A DNA stretch of 64,000 nucleotides, from assembly GCA_048882505.1 (NCBI GenBank), contig JBHLRO010000006.1, positions 25,485-89,484 of the forward strand, given 5' to 3'. Positions 10,791 through 19,905 of the stretch are shown in pieces; position 1 is the stretch's first letter, and every line of letters begins with the position of its first letter. This DNA comes from Candidatus Thorarchaeota archaeon (GTDB lineage: Archaea > Asgardarchaeota > Heimdallarchaeia > Hodarchaeales > Hodarchaeaceae). The notes under the pieces are model-generated. The model searched no databases. It saw only the letters and a list, made by a program, of their open reading frames with translations, and was not told the origin of the DNA. Position numbers and translations under genes: made by a program.

Positions 10791-11294
10791 CTACCTTAGG
10801 ATTTGGGCCAAAAGTCCGCCAAGTATTCCAAATAGTCCGAAAAACGGACCTGAGAAAACAGAGAAAGTAAAAATCATGAATTCAAAAATAAAAAGGGCTG
10901 CCAAAGGCGATCCAGAGTATGAAACGGACACAAGAAATAACGTCGCGTGAAAAAACACAAATGTAGCAAACAAGCCCCCCCAAAATGTCGGCTTGAATCC
11001 CTGTCGCCATTTTCCGATAACAAAACCTCCAAGGAGGCCACTGAGAATAATTGCACCCAAGATCATGCCAATGTGAAGAAATATTGAGTCCGAAGCTAGG
11101 GGATCTGGTAACGATAAACGAAGTAAAAGCCCAAATACTAGAAGAACAATTCCGACTATAAAAGTGATTAAAAAGCTGTTTATGTTCCTATCGAAAGTCG
11201 CGATGTATGTCACGGAAGATACGCTCGGAGGTTTTGGATCTACCACCGCGATTGTTAATTCGAGAATCCAAGGGCTGTGATCGTCTAGGCCCAT
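10791..11294 (-). CDS. small integral membrane protein (4 TM)
   Basis: 167 aa, almost entirely hydrophobic helices (FIVGIVLLVFGLLL, GMILGAIILSGLLGGFVIG, LFATFVFFHATLFLV, FGLFGILGGLLAQIL). Confidence 0.4.
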   Translation of the reverse strand: MGLDDHSPWILELTIAVVDPKPPSVSSVTYIATFDRNINSFLITFIVGIVLLVFGLLLRLSLPDPLASDSIFLHIGMILGAIILSGLLGGFVIGKWRQGFKPTFWGGLFATFVFFHATLFLVSVSYSGSPLAALFIFEFMIFTFSVFSGPFFGLFGILGGLLAQILR

Positions 11295-11402
11295 TCCCTA
11301 TATGAACTTTAAGATACCCGAAGCATCTTGAGCGACTTCCATGCAGTGAGGAGGACATCAAGATGTAAGGAATTCAAAGAAAATATTGTGATCCTTTTAA
11401 TT

Positions 11403-11777
11403 CTAATTTTCCGCTTTAGAGATCCTTTCAAGGAGGTCTAACTCATTATCCTCTGGATCTAAAATACTCGCAACCAAATACCCAAAACCCCCGTCGTGCA
11501 GATCTTTAGTGATTCTGACATTCCGTTCGCGGAGAGTTTGGATGCTTTCAGCAAGATTTTCGACTTCAAAATTGAAATGTATTCTGCCCTGAGAGGGTGG
11601 TATTTCGGATGAAGATGGCATTTGGTGGAGCAACAAATTCGTGTCCTTCAAGGCGAATTGAGCAAAGCCAGCATGTGAATGGACAAGGGGAAGCTCGAGT
11701 ATGTCCTTATAGAATTCAATGGTGTTTTCAACATTCCTAACATAAATTAAAACAGAATTAATCGCGCTAATTTTCAT
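11403..11777 (-). CDS. VOC/glyoxalase-bleomycin resistance family protein
   Basis: 124 aa. MKISAINSVLIYVRNVENTIEFYKDILEL and RIHFNFEVENLAESIQTLRERNVRITKDL...GYLVASILDPEDNELDLLE match the paired beta-alpha-beta-beta-beta modules of the vicinal oxygen chelate fold. Confidence 0.7.
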   Translation of the reverse strand: MKISAINSVLIYVRNVENTIEFYKDILELPLVHSHAGFAQFALKDTNLLLHQMPSSSEIPPSQGRIHFNFEVENLAESIQTLRERNVRITKDLHDGGFGYLVASILDPEDNELDLLERISKAEN

Positions 11778-12002
11778 ATTTATCTCATTCGTGTACTAGG
11801 AGTCAAGAAATGAGATTCAAAGCCTTAAATATATTTGAATGGCTATGTATCTCGAATTATGTCCAGTATTCCAGACTTATCACCTTTTTTTCGGACTGGG
11901 CATCCCACATATATGATCTGATGATGACTATATAGATCTGACAAGATTCCATATAACGCCGGAACGGCCTTCTTTCTGGTAATTGGATCTCCAACGAACC
12001 TA

Positions 12003-12509
12003 TTATCTTTCTTTATAAGGCCAAAGAGGTTTGTTCTGAAAGCTCCTTCCAAAATATCGCCTCATTATTGCAATTAAGGTGATAGTGCCAGCTAGCCCTC
12101 CTAAAACAATAGAAAGAAAATCTAATGGGAAATTAAAGACCATACTTACGGTAAGCCATATCGAGTAATAGAGCAGCCCCATAAATAGTGCATTTGCGTT
12201 TCTTAGCCAATCTTTATCAAAAATGCCAAAGGCCTCAATGGCAATGAGAGCATCATATCCCTGGGCAGTAAGTTCGTAATCCCCCTGAGCATTAGTTTGG
12301 ACAAGAACGCCAAGTTTGGTTAAATGATGACTCAGATTCCCACTGCTTGACAAACCCATCCTAGATTTTAGTTTTGAGAATCCTAGTGTCTCTTTTGCTA
12401 GCGATTTTAGTATTCGTATTCTAGTCGGGTGGGAGATAGCTTCAAAGAGTTCTGCTGCTATGCTTTCTTTTTCGAAGTTTCTTTGCTCTTCGGGTAGTTC
12501 ATCAGCCAT
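12003..12509 (-). CDS. ArsR-like winged-HTH transcriptional regulator with C-terminal membrane anchor
   Basis: 168 aa. The N-terminus ELFEAISHPTRIRILKSLAKETLGFSKLKSRMGLSSSGNLSHHLTKLGVLV has the ArsR/SmtB pattern (xxPxRxxIL ... SxHLxxL). The C-terminus has two TM helices (LLYYSIWLTVSMVF, LSIVLGGLAGTITLIAIM). Confidence 0.55.
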   Translation of the reverse strand: MADELPEEQRNFEKESIAAELFEAISHPTRIRILKSLAKETLGFSKLKSRMGLSSSGNLSHHLTKLGVLVQTNAQGDYELTAQGYDALIAIEAFGIFDKDWLRNANALFMGLLYYSIWLTVSMVFNFPLDFLSIVLGGLAGTITLIAIMRRYFGRSFQNKPLWPYKER

Positions 12510-12945
12510 ACGAGTTCACTCATACCTAGGTACGATCCATTCTCACAATTATATAATTCCTGATATCTTGACCTCTAGGTCAAACATTGAGGACAATGCT
12601 GGATAATTGCTGGATATTAAAGAGGGGATAAATCGGTATCCGTGAATGATATCATCAACGATCTAACTACGCAGGATGGGGCAACGTTGAATACAATGCC
12701 AATACATGCCTCTGTGTCTAATGTGGTGATCCAATTCTCGTTTATTTTGATGACGATTTTCTTTGTTTTAAAGATAGAGTCCCTAGTCTAATCATATCAG
12801 AAAAAAACCACGCTAGTTTTGGAAATGAACCGACCAATATAACCAACATAATGCGAAGTTTCTCTGACAGCATTTAAAACACGGAACACACTATCCAACC
12901 TGTACTGAAGCCTAGTAAGTTTAAAAAAACAAGGATGGCAATCTT

Positions 12946-13575
12946 ATGAAACTTGAGAGTAAAAATTTAACTGAGGGAAAGCCCATTCCAAGTAAACACG
13001 CGTTTTGTGTTTTAACACCTGAAGGTAAGGTGGAGATGGGTTTAAACAAGAATCCCGATTTTAGTTGGTCAAATTTACCAGAAACTACCAAGTCACTGAC
13101 CCTCATTTGTCATGATTCAGAAGTTCCCACATCTGCTGAAAATGTTAACAAAGAAGGTAAAGTTGTATCTAAAAACCTCGCACGAACTGATTTCTTCCAT
13201 TGGGTTCTGTATGATATCCCCGTTGAAATAGATGGGATTAAGGAAGGAGAATTTTCAAATGGTATCACTGCTCGAGGGAAAAACAGTAAAGATGCTCCCC
13301 ATGGCACAAAACAAGGATTAAATAACTATACAGAATGGTTTAAAGGCGATGAAAACATGGAAGGAGAGTACTATGGCTATGATGGCCCTTGTCCACCCTG
13401 GAACGACGAGCGAATTCACAAGTACCATTTTACGTTGTATGCACTGGATGTCCCCCATTTATTAGTTCCCTCGAGGACAGTTAATGGAGCGGATGTATTA
13501 AGGGCATTATACGAACATATCTTGGCCTCCTCGAGCATTACCGTAACTTATACCTTGAATAAAGACCTGGTTTAA
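12946..13575 (+). CDS. PEBP (phosphatidylethanolamine-binding protein) family, YbhB/YbcL-like
   Basis: 209 aa. Contains FFHWVLYDIP (the conserved HW motif) and ...GYDGPCPPWNDERIHKYHFTLYALD (the GPxPP...HRYxFxLYALD signature). Confidence 0.8.
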   Translation: MKLESKNLTEGKPIPSKHAFCVLTPEGKVEMGLNKNPDFSWSNLPETTKSLTLICHDSEVPTSAENVNKEGKVVSKNLARTDFFHWVLYDIPVEIDGIKEGEFSNGITARGKNSKDAPHGTKQGLNNYTEWFKGDENMEGEYYGYDGPCPPWNDERIHKYHFTLYALDVPHLLVPSRTVNGADVLRALYEHILASSSITVTYTLNKDLV

Positions 13576-13813
13576 GTACTCATTCAAATTAATCTGGAAT
13601 CCGTTTAATTCCTGAACATCAGGCTTTGGTCAAACTGCAATTTACCTCCTCCTGATTATTTGAAATCAGACTCACAATTGAGAGCCCTCAATTGATTTTT
13701 TGGAGAAATCCGGGTCAAGACTTAAATATCATAGTCTTGGGTTACAGATTTGAAAGCATCTACTAATTCACGTTTTTTTCGAAGTAAAACATAATCTCTG
13801 TTGCATTCTCAGA

Positions 13814-16720
13814 TTATTCTGCTTTCAAGATGTGGCTAATGTCCCGCTTCGATGCCAGATAGGCAGGAACCAGGCTACCGATGCTTGCGATTCCAACTAC
13901 ACCTAGGATTAAGGTACTTAGGAATTCCAAGGGTAAATCTAGAACAAACGGGACATTTTGGAACCCTACCGTAAATAGACGTAGAACTATCGTGGAATAG
14001 AATAGGCCCGTTATAAGTCCGATAACCACTCCAAACACCATAACCAATCCTCCTTCTAATATAAAAGATAATGCGAGTTGACTGCGTGTCATGCCTAGTG
14101 CTCTCTCAACTCCAATTTCCTGATTCCGTTCAATAAGGGTAAAGAAGGCAAACATGGTTATCGAGATCACGGCTATACTGATTCCGACTATGAGATTGGA
14201 ATTTAGTACCGAGAGCAGAAATCGTCGAAGAAAGGATCTCAGATAAGTTCGATATCGAAGAAGGGGAGATTCGATGTCCCAGTTCGTAGGGAGTCTGATT
14301 TGTGTGATCAATTCCGCAGGATCGGCATCAGGCTTCAAACTCATCAGATATCCACTAAACCAATATTCGGGTTCCAAGAACTGCGTCTTATTCAAGACAT
14401 CGAACAGTCCTAAACTGCCCACTCCCCAATAGTAGGTAGATTCCTCGGCGATTTCAGGATCGGCATCGAGCTGAGGCCAATAGAGGAATGTGCCTATTAT
14501 CCCTAAGGATATTGTCTCTGTTTCATTATCATCTGACCAGGTCAGGGGAAACTGTCTGCCGATTTGATATTTCGGGAACATTCTGGAATTTCCCTCATAC
14601 AAAATGATTGAGTTATTGTCCATGATTCCTTGCATGAGATCTGCCAAGGAGGCGCTTAAACCAAAATTATGTTCATCAAAATAAGCTGCTGATAAGAAAG
14701 TCGCGGGATCGACGAACAGGAAAGTCATACTTGGACTAGTTTTCCCAGAAGTAAATGTTCGGATGAACGCTGAAACAGAATCAATATTATTCGACTCGCT
14801 GATCTGGGTTTTTAATGTGTTATTAAGATAGGTGTAGTCTGAGGAAACCCGAACATCAGCACCAATCGACGAATAAGCAAACTGATAATTGAAACTATCA
14901 TAGAAATAAGAAAAACTCCCTAAAAACACGGTGTAGGTCAGGACCAGGGTAACAACTATGACCGTTCGGTTTGCAGGATACTTGTGACGCACTACATTTT
15001 TCAATGCAAATGCAGGAACGCCCCCAGAGAGCTTCCAAAGCAAGCCAGCCAAAAGCATACTCAAATAGGGAAAAACCCGCGATAAGAGAAAAATTCCCCC
15101 AATTAAAAGGAAAAAAGGGGCGGGGATAATTAGAAATGGAGCTATTTCGTACAAAAGAGCGGGTATTTGTTCCGGGCCCAGAGAAAACAAGGTAAAGATG
15201 AGGAACAATCCAGCCAGGCCGAGAGCAGTTGCCCAGATGTCCAAATAATATCGATTCCAAAAGGGAGCACGTTTTTCTACTGGATCTTCAGATCCTACGA
15301 TTGACATCCGAGCAAGACGGATTATGGTAAAAAAATGGGAGACAACCGCAAGTATAATTCCCCAAAATACCAAATCTTGAATACTTCTTTCTGAAACTCG
15401 TACCTCGCGCTCCTCGCCGATAAAATTGAAGAGATCGACCGATCTGACGGTTATTCCTGTTAATAGATATCCCAGGATGAGTCCACCAACCATGGCAAAC
15501 AGAATGCCCACCAGGGTCTCCCCGAGCAGCCCCATCAAAACCTGCCAAGACGTCCCACCCCGAGTTTTTATGATACCGATTTGTTTTTGTCGTTGTCGTC
15601 TAATCAGTCCGTATGAATAAACAACCAAATAAAGGGCAACCCCGAGCATGGGTATGGTGAAGACAAAGAATAGTGCTCCATACATCGAAATGGCATATCT
15701 AACTTGCGTCAATCGAGCTCTAAAGCGGTCTAAAAAACTGATTTCAAAGCCACTTCCGCCGAAACTCTCTTCAAGAGTAAGTTTGAACTTTTGAACCCTG
15801 ATAATTTCTTCATCTATCGCAAAAGCGTCAATCTGAGTATAATCCAGGAAAAGTTTCCCCTTAGCTGCACCTCGAATCTTGAGGGACCCATTTGTAGGAT
15901 TAAGATGATCGACTAGAGCGGTAACCAGCTGGGGGGAGGTGACAAGGAAATTGAGGGAATATTCAAAATCCCCCCTTTCCTCCCTAAAATAGTTATATAT
16001 CAAGATAGTTGAAAGATCAGGAGGAGTGGGATTATTCCACGGGATTTCCTGATATTCTAAAACCCCCACGACTGTTAGCGTCACGTTATGAGAAACGGGG
16101 AGCCCTGCAGATGGAGATAAGCTGATTTTGAAGTGCTGACCGATTTGTACCCCAGAAGGATAAAGCTTCTCCCAACGTGGACCCCATTGGAAGCCATCAC
16201 CTCCCATATAATTGACAAAAACGATTTCGCTATAGTTTTGGGGCCAGCGGCCCTTGAGGAACGATTGGACCTGGGATCTAAACTCTTGGTCAGGGATTTC
16301 TAAAGCTAGATCATAAGCAATTTCCTCCCCAGTTTGATTCTGGTAAAATAAATTAAAAACGTCAATGGTCGAATGCCAATACTGTTGGCGTAGATACCTT
16401 TGATAATTTGCATCGACAAGGGAATGGGTGGTCAAATCGCGTAATCCTGTAGTATTTGTCCAGGTACTAATCTCCGGTGGCGAGGATCGGGTCGCTTGGA
16501 TCCGAAGATCACCGATAAGATGGCCTCTTTCGCTCCAACCAAAGCTGGCCTCGGAAAAAAAATCTTGGCGGAATGAATTCAGTAACATAGTATCTTCTGA
16601 AATCACAGATAAAGCGATGATCAATCCGATGAGTGAGACTAGGACAGCTTTCCAACTCCCTCGAACAAAATCTGCTGTAAAAGAAATATGATCCATGAAT
16701 CGTGAAAGATTCCACCTCAT
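13814..16720 (-). CDS. ABC-transporter permease with two FtsX-like domains (MacB/YbbP-type)
   Basis: 968 aa. There are two membrane modules. One has ...LGVALYLVVYSYGLIRRQRQKQIGIIKTRGGTSWQVLMGLLGETLVGILFAMVGGLILGY. The second has ...ERNQEIGVERALGMTRSQLALSFILEGGLVMVFGVVIGLITG (FtsX 'EIGxLKAxGA' core). A large extracytoplasmic domain sits between the TM bundles. No ATPase gene is adjacent in the window. Confidence 0.7.
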   Translation of the reverse strand: MRWNLSRFMDHISFTADFVRGSWKAVLVSLIGLIIALSVISEDTMLLNSFRQDFFSEASFGWSERGHLIGDLRIQATRSSPPEISTWTNTTGLRDLTTHSLVDANYQRYLRQQYWHSTIDVFNLFYQNQTGEEIAYDLALEIPDQEFRSQVQSFLKGRWPQNYSEIVFVNYMGGDGFQWGPRWEKLYPSGVQIGQHFKISLSPSAGLPVSHNVTLTVVGVLEYQEIPWNNPTPPDLSTILIYNYFREERGDFEYSLNFLVTSPQLVTALVDHLNPTNGSLKIRGAAKGKLFLDYTQIDAFAIDEEIIRVQKFKLTLEESFGGSGFEISFLDRFRARLTQVRYAISMYGALFFVFTIPMLGVALYLVVYSYGLIRRQRQKQIGIIKTRGGTSWQVLMGLLGETLVGILFAMVGGLILGYLLTGITVRSVDLFNFIGEEREVRVSERSIQDLVFWGIILAVVSHFFTIIRLARMSIVGSEDPVEKRAPFWNRYYLDIWATALGLAGLFLIFTLFSLGPEQIPALLYEIAPFLIIPAPFFLLIGGIFLLSRVFPYLSMLLAGLLWKLSGGVPAFALKNVVRHKYPANRTVIVVTLVLTYTVFLGSFSYFYDSFNYQFAYSSIGADVRVSSDYTYLNNTLKTQISESNNIDSVSAFIRTFTSGKTSPSMTFLFVDPATFLSAAYFDEHNFGLSASLADLMQGIMDNNSIILYEGNSRMFPKYQIGRQFPLTWSDDNETETISLGIIGTFLYWPQLDADPEIAEESTYYWGVGSLGLFDVLNKTQFLEPEYWFSGYLMSLKPDADPAELITQIRLPTNWDIESPLLRYRTYLRSFLRRFLLSVLNSNLIVGISIAVISITMFAFFTLIERNQEIGVERALGMTRSQLALSFILEGGLVMVFGVVIGLITGLFYSTIVLRLFTVGFQNVPFVLDLPLEFLSTLILGVVGIASIGSLVPAYLASKRDISHILKAE

Positions 16721-17006
16721 CCTAATCGGCCCTCTGATTTGGCTTATGACATGTGGACTTCATGTGCACCCGATTTTAGATTTTCCCGCTCTTCGGTGAA
16801 TAAGACAACATTTGTTTCCTATCATCACAAGATCGGAGACCGCACCTTTCTGAACTAGTTAGCAGTACCCATAAGGCTTTATAAAACCATTCTTGTTGGA
16901 AGATAATGCTTGGATTCGCTAATGATTTTTCGCATTCCAGGCGAATAGTTTAAGCCTCACGACTCAAAATACTCCAGATGGTGTCAGAGGAAGTTCTTTA
17001 TCAGGG

Positions 17007-18959
17007 TTGAGGTATCTTCGAGGTGCCGTGGGTGAAGAACGGAGAGTGTTGGGTATGATTAAGAGAGAGTTACTGGGCAGCTTCCTACTGATCATGTTGA
17101 CTCTCTTTTGGATTCATTCCCCCTTCTTACTTGGAGACACTCAGGAAGGTCGGATTTTTCGAGATTACGAATGGTACTACGAGAATTTTACCACGGAGGA
17201 TCGCAAGAAAATCCGCCAAGCATTCGATTACTCGATTCCTCGAGTTCAAATCATCGAGGATCTCCTGCAAGGTATTGGGCAGGCCGTTGCGACACCCCTG
17301 TTGGCAAATCAATTGGGATATAACTCAACCATTGTGCCCAGGGATTTGAATAAGACAAAAGCCTTAGATCTTATGGAAGAGGTCTTTGGTTTCCGGTTCA
17401 ATGATTCGGTGGAAGACCCCGAAGATGACGACAGGTATTTTCAAATGGTCCTCATTACGTTGGCTACACGCCAAGATCGGATTAAATGGGCGGCTAGTAT
17501 TACGGAGGCACTTGGAGAAATCGGGGTAGAAATTTTTCTTAAATACGGGAATCGGAACGTTTTCGAACCCCGTGTTTTAGATCCAGATCCTGAAGTAGCC
17601 GGAAAAGACTATGCCCATGGCGGGATGGATGGGTATTTCATGGGCTGGGAAGTTAACTCCGATCCCGACCTTACACCTTGGTTTTTAAAGGCCGCTCAGG
17701 CACCAAACGGGCAAAATGCCCACTACATCGAGGATACTACCATAGAAGAGATCCTCAACCGAACATTGAGCAACCGTGACCCCCAAAAACGCTTAGATGC
17801 CCTCCAAGAATTCCAACAATGGTTTTTCAACGAGAGTCCATTCTATATGGTACGCGAAGGGATGAACATTATCGCTTCTGATCCGGCCCTGAGAGGCGTT
17901 GACATAAGTGGGCAGTTGTATCCCAACTACGGCAACTGGAGCCATGCCAACCAAACCACTGTGACTGTCCATTCCCTGGGAAGGTTCATCGATATAAACC
18001 CCATTGTGTCCATTTCGTATTTTGATAAACTTGCTACAGCTGGGGTCTTTGAAGGGCTCCTCGGTCGGTTCCCCGGGAAAGAGGAGCCTTGGCATGGGAT
18101 CCTCGCAAAAAGGTGGACGCACAGCCCTGATGACTTGGTCTGGGAGGTATCGATTAAGGAGGGTATTCAATTCTCCAATGGGGCCAATTTAACTGTAGAT
18201 GACGTGGTTTTTTCCTATCAGCGAGTACTTGATCCTGATGTAGGATCAGCACTCCGTGGAGCGTTCACTTTCTTCAATGAAGATGCCGTGGAAAAAATCA
18301 ATGCCACGGCCGCACGGTTCACGTTTAACGGGTTCTGGCCCTATGCAGAAAATTACTTGAGTCGTGTTCCGATCGTTTCCGAGGCAGAAATGAGCCAATT
18401 GAGCGATACTGGATGGGATTATGATTATATCAATTCGGAAAAGGCGCCCATAGGATCAGGACCATACAAAATAGACCCCTCTTATCTTTCAGCTCAGGAA
18501 GTTCATCTTGTCAAAAACCTTTACTACAACGCGACCTTACGGGGACACAATCCAGAAAATGGAATCTGGTACCCAAACCCTTCGATCGACACTATTGTGG
18601 TCAAATTCTACGATAAATTAACCACCGCAATCGGGGATCTCCAAAACGATACAGTGGACATCATTGATCCACACACATTTCTTGTCCCTTACTTGGACAC
18701 CATTAATGGCAGTAGTTGGGCGAAACTGAGTCTTACCCCTGCTTATGAATTCGAAGCCCTTTTTCTTAATCATTACAGTCCCATTTGGGGATTAAATCCC
18801 GCAGATCCGTGTGAGATGTATCCTGGATATTGTGATGATTACCCGTTTGATAGTCCGTTAATTGAGTCTTTCAATGCTTTATTAACGGGGGTACTTGTTA
18901 TTTTGCTCGTTAGCTATTTCGTTCTCGGGCTTTTTATGGTCAAAAAGCGCAGATCTTAG
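17007..18959 (+). CDS. ABC transporter substrate-binding protein, family 5 (Opp/Dpp-like), circularly permuted, C-terminal TM anchor
   Basis: 650 aa. Family-5 SBP motifs are present but in swapped order. The C-lobe motifs come first (KIRQAFDYSIPRVQIIEDLLQGIG, ITEALGEIGVEIFLKY, FMGWEVNSDPDLTPWF, DPQKRLDALQEFQQWFFNESPFYMV). The N-lobe motifs follow (WEVSIKEGIQFSNGANLTVDDVVFSYQRVLDP, GSGPYKIDPSYLSAQEVHLVKNLYYN, DTVDIIDP). The C-terminal TM helix is LLTGVLVILLVSYFVLGLFMV followed by KKRRS. The likely true start is the internal M at about 17055 (MIKRELLGSFLLIM...). Confidence 0.7.
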   Translation: MRYLRGAVGEERRVLGMIKRELLGSFLLIMLTLFWIHSPFLLGDTQEGRIFRDYEWYYENFTTEDRKKIRQAFDYSIPRVQIIEDLLQGIGQAVATPLLANQLGYNSTIVPRDLNKTKALDLMEEVFGFRFNDSVEDPEDDDRYFQMVLITLATRQDRIKWAASITEALGEIGVEIFLKYGNRNVFEPRVLDPDPEVAGKDYAHGGMDGYFMGWEVNSDPDLTPWFLKAAQAPNGQNAHYIEDTTIEEILNRTLSNRDPQKRLDALQEFQQWFFNESPFYMVREGMNIIASDPALRGVDISGQLYPNYGNWSHANQTTVTVHSLGRFIDINPIVSISYFDKLATAGVFEGLLGRFPGKEEPWHGILAKRWTHSPDDLVWEVSIKEGIQFSNGANLTVDDVVFSYQRVLDPDVGSALRGAFTFFNEDAVEKINATAARFTFNGFWPYAENYLSRVPIVSEAEMSQLSDTGWDYDYINSEKAPIGSGPYKIDPSYLSAQEVHLVKNLYYNATLRGHNPENGIWYPNPSIDTIVVKFYDKLTTAIGDLQNDTVDIIDPHTFLVPYLDTINGSSWAKLSLTPAYEFEALFLNHYSPIWGLNPADPCEMYPGYCDDYPFDSPLIESFNALLTGVLVILLVSYFVLGLFMVKKRRS

Positions 18960-19119
18960 GCCTTTCACCAAAATTTTTCTTTTTAATCCTCAATTTTGGT
19001 TAAAATTATCTGTGTGGGAAACCCGTGCAATAAGTCCCTCCACTTCATGAAATAGCAAAGTAGTTAGTGCAATTCCTTGCCCACAGACTTGGCCGAAAAG
19101 TTTTAGTATAAAAAAGGGA

Positions 19120-19491
19120 ATGGAAAGTATGTTGGGCATGTCAGATCTATTCCAAGAAGCTTCAAGAGTTTGGATAGTCACGTGGTTTGTTCTCACTGGT
19201 TTATTGATCACAATCTTCAATCTGTCGCTATATCTAATCGTACTTCCCTATTATTACAATCTGATTGATTTCCTATTCATGAACCTTATTACACTCGTTT
19301 TTTGGCCCTACTTGCTGTTTATCCTGTTGTTTGCTGGCGTACAGTTACTGGCTTCACTGCACTACGACCCCTTTTATATTTCTCTCTTACTCATCGTAAT
19401 CGACTCAAACCTCCTCTCGTTTCTAATTATCTACATCGTTCGAGTATCTTGGGAACACCAGAAGAGGAAAAAAGGAATGATCTCTGCATAG
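19120..19491 (+). CDS. small integral membrane protein
   Basis: 123 aa, with 3-4 hydrophobic helices. An AAAAGGGAATGGAAAG purine-rich stretch lies upstream. Confidence 0.35.
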   Translation: MESMLGMSDLFQEASRVWIVTWFVLTGLLITIFNLSLYLIVLPYYYNLIDFLFMNLITLVFWPYLLFILLFAGVQLLASLHYDPFYISLLLIVIDSNLLSFLIIYIVRVSWEHQKRKKGMISA

Positions 19492-19905
19492 AGCTTAGAA
19501 ATCCAACTTTAAGACACTACTCATCCAATATAGATCCATTGGACACTTGGACTAAAATCTAATGTAAAGCATATTTCTATATCTTGGTCGAGCAGTCAGG
19601 CTAGGTATGATGGCTCTTTTACACATAAAGCACTATTGATCCAGGATCCTGGAGAGTCGGATCATATTACCTTTTTATCCAGTTTAACGATGATTTGAGT
19701 CTCGTTATCGAGTTTCCTCTGAGACCGATCGGCCGTGAAGATGCTAAAAGATGCAGGATTTGGCAAAGTAGAAGTTAAAGAAGTTGATGGTGACGCATTC
19801 AACTATTATTACATAGCTAGGAAATGGTATCTGATGACACGGGACGGCAAGACCAACGAAAAAGATTGGGAATGGGAATCATCGGATCTTTGTCCCCTGG
19901 TACCT

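Noticed and set aside
14898-15260. 120-aa ORF antisense to the FtsX permease gene (and similar internal ORFs 15288-15548, 15426-15620, 16428-16691, 16509-16715)
   Set aside because: They are fully embedded in, and out of frame or antisense to, a long ORF with clear FtsX motifs. They have no motifs or ribosome-binding site and have odd composition. They are treated as spurious.
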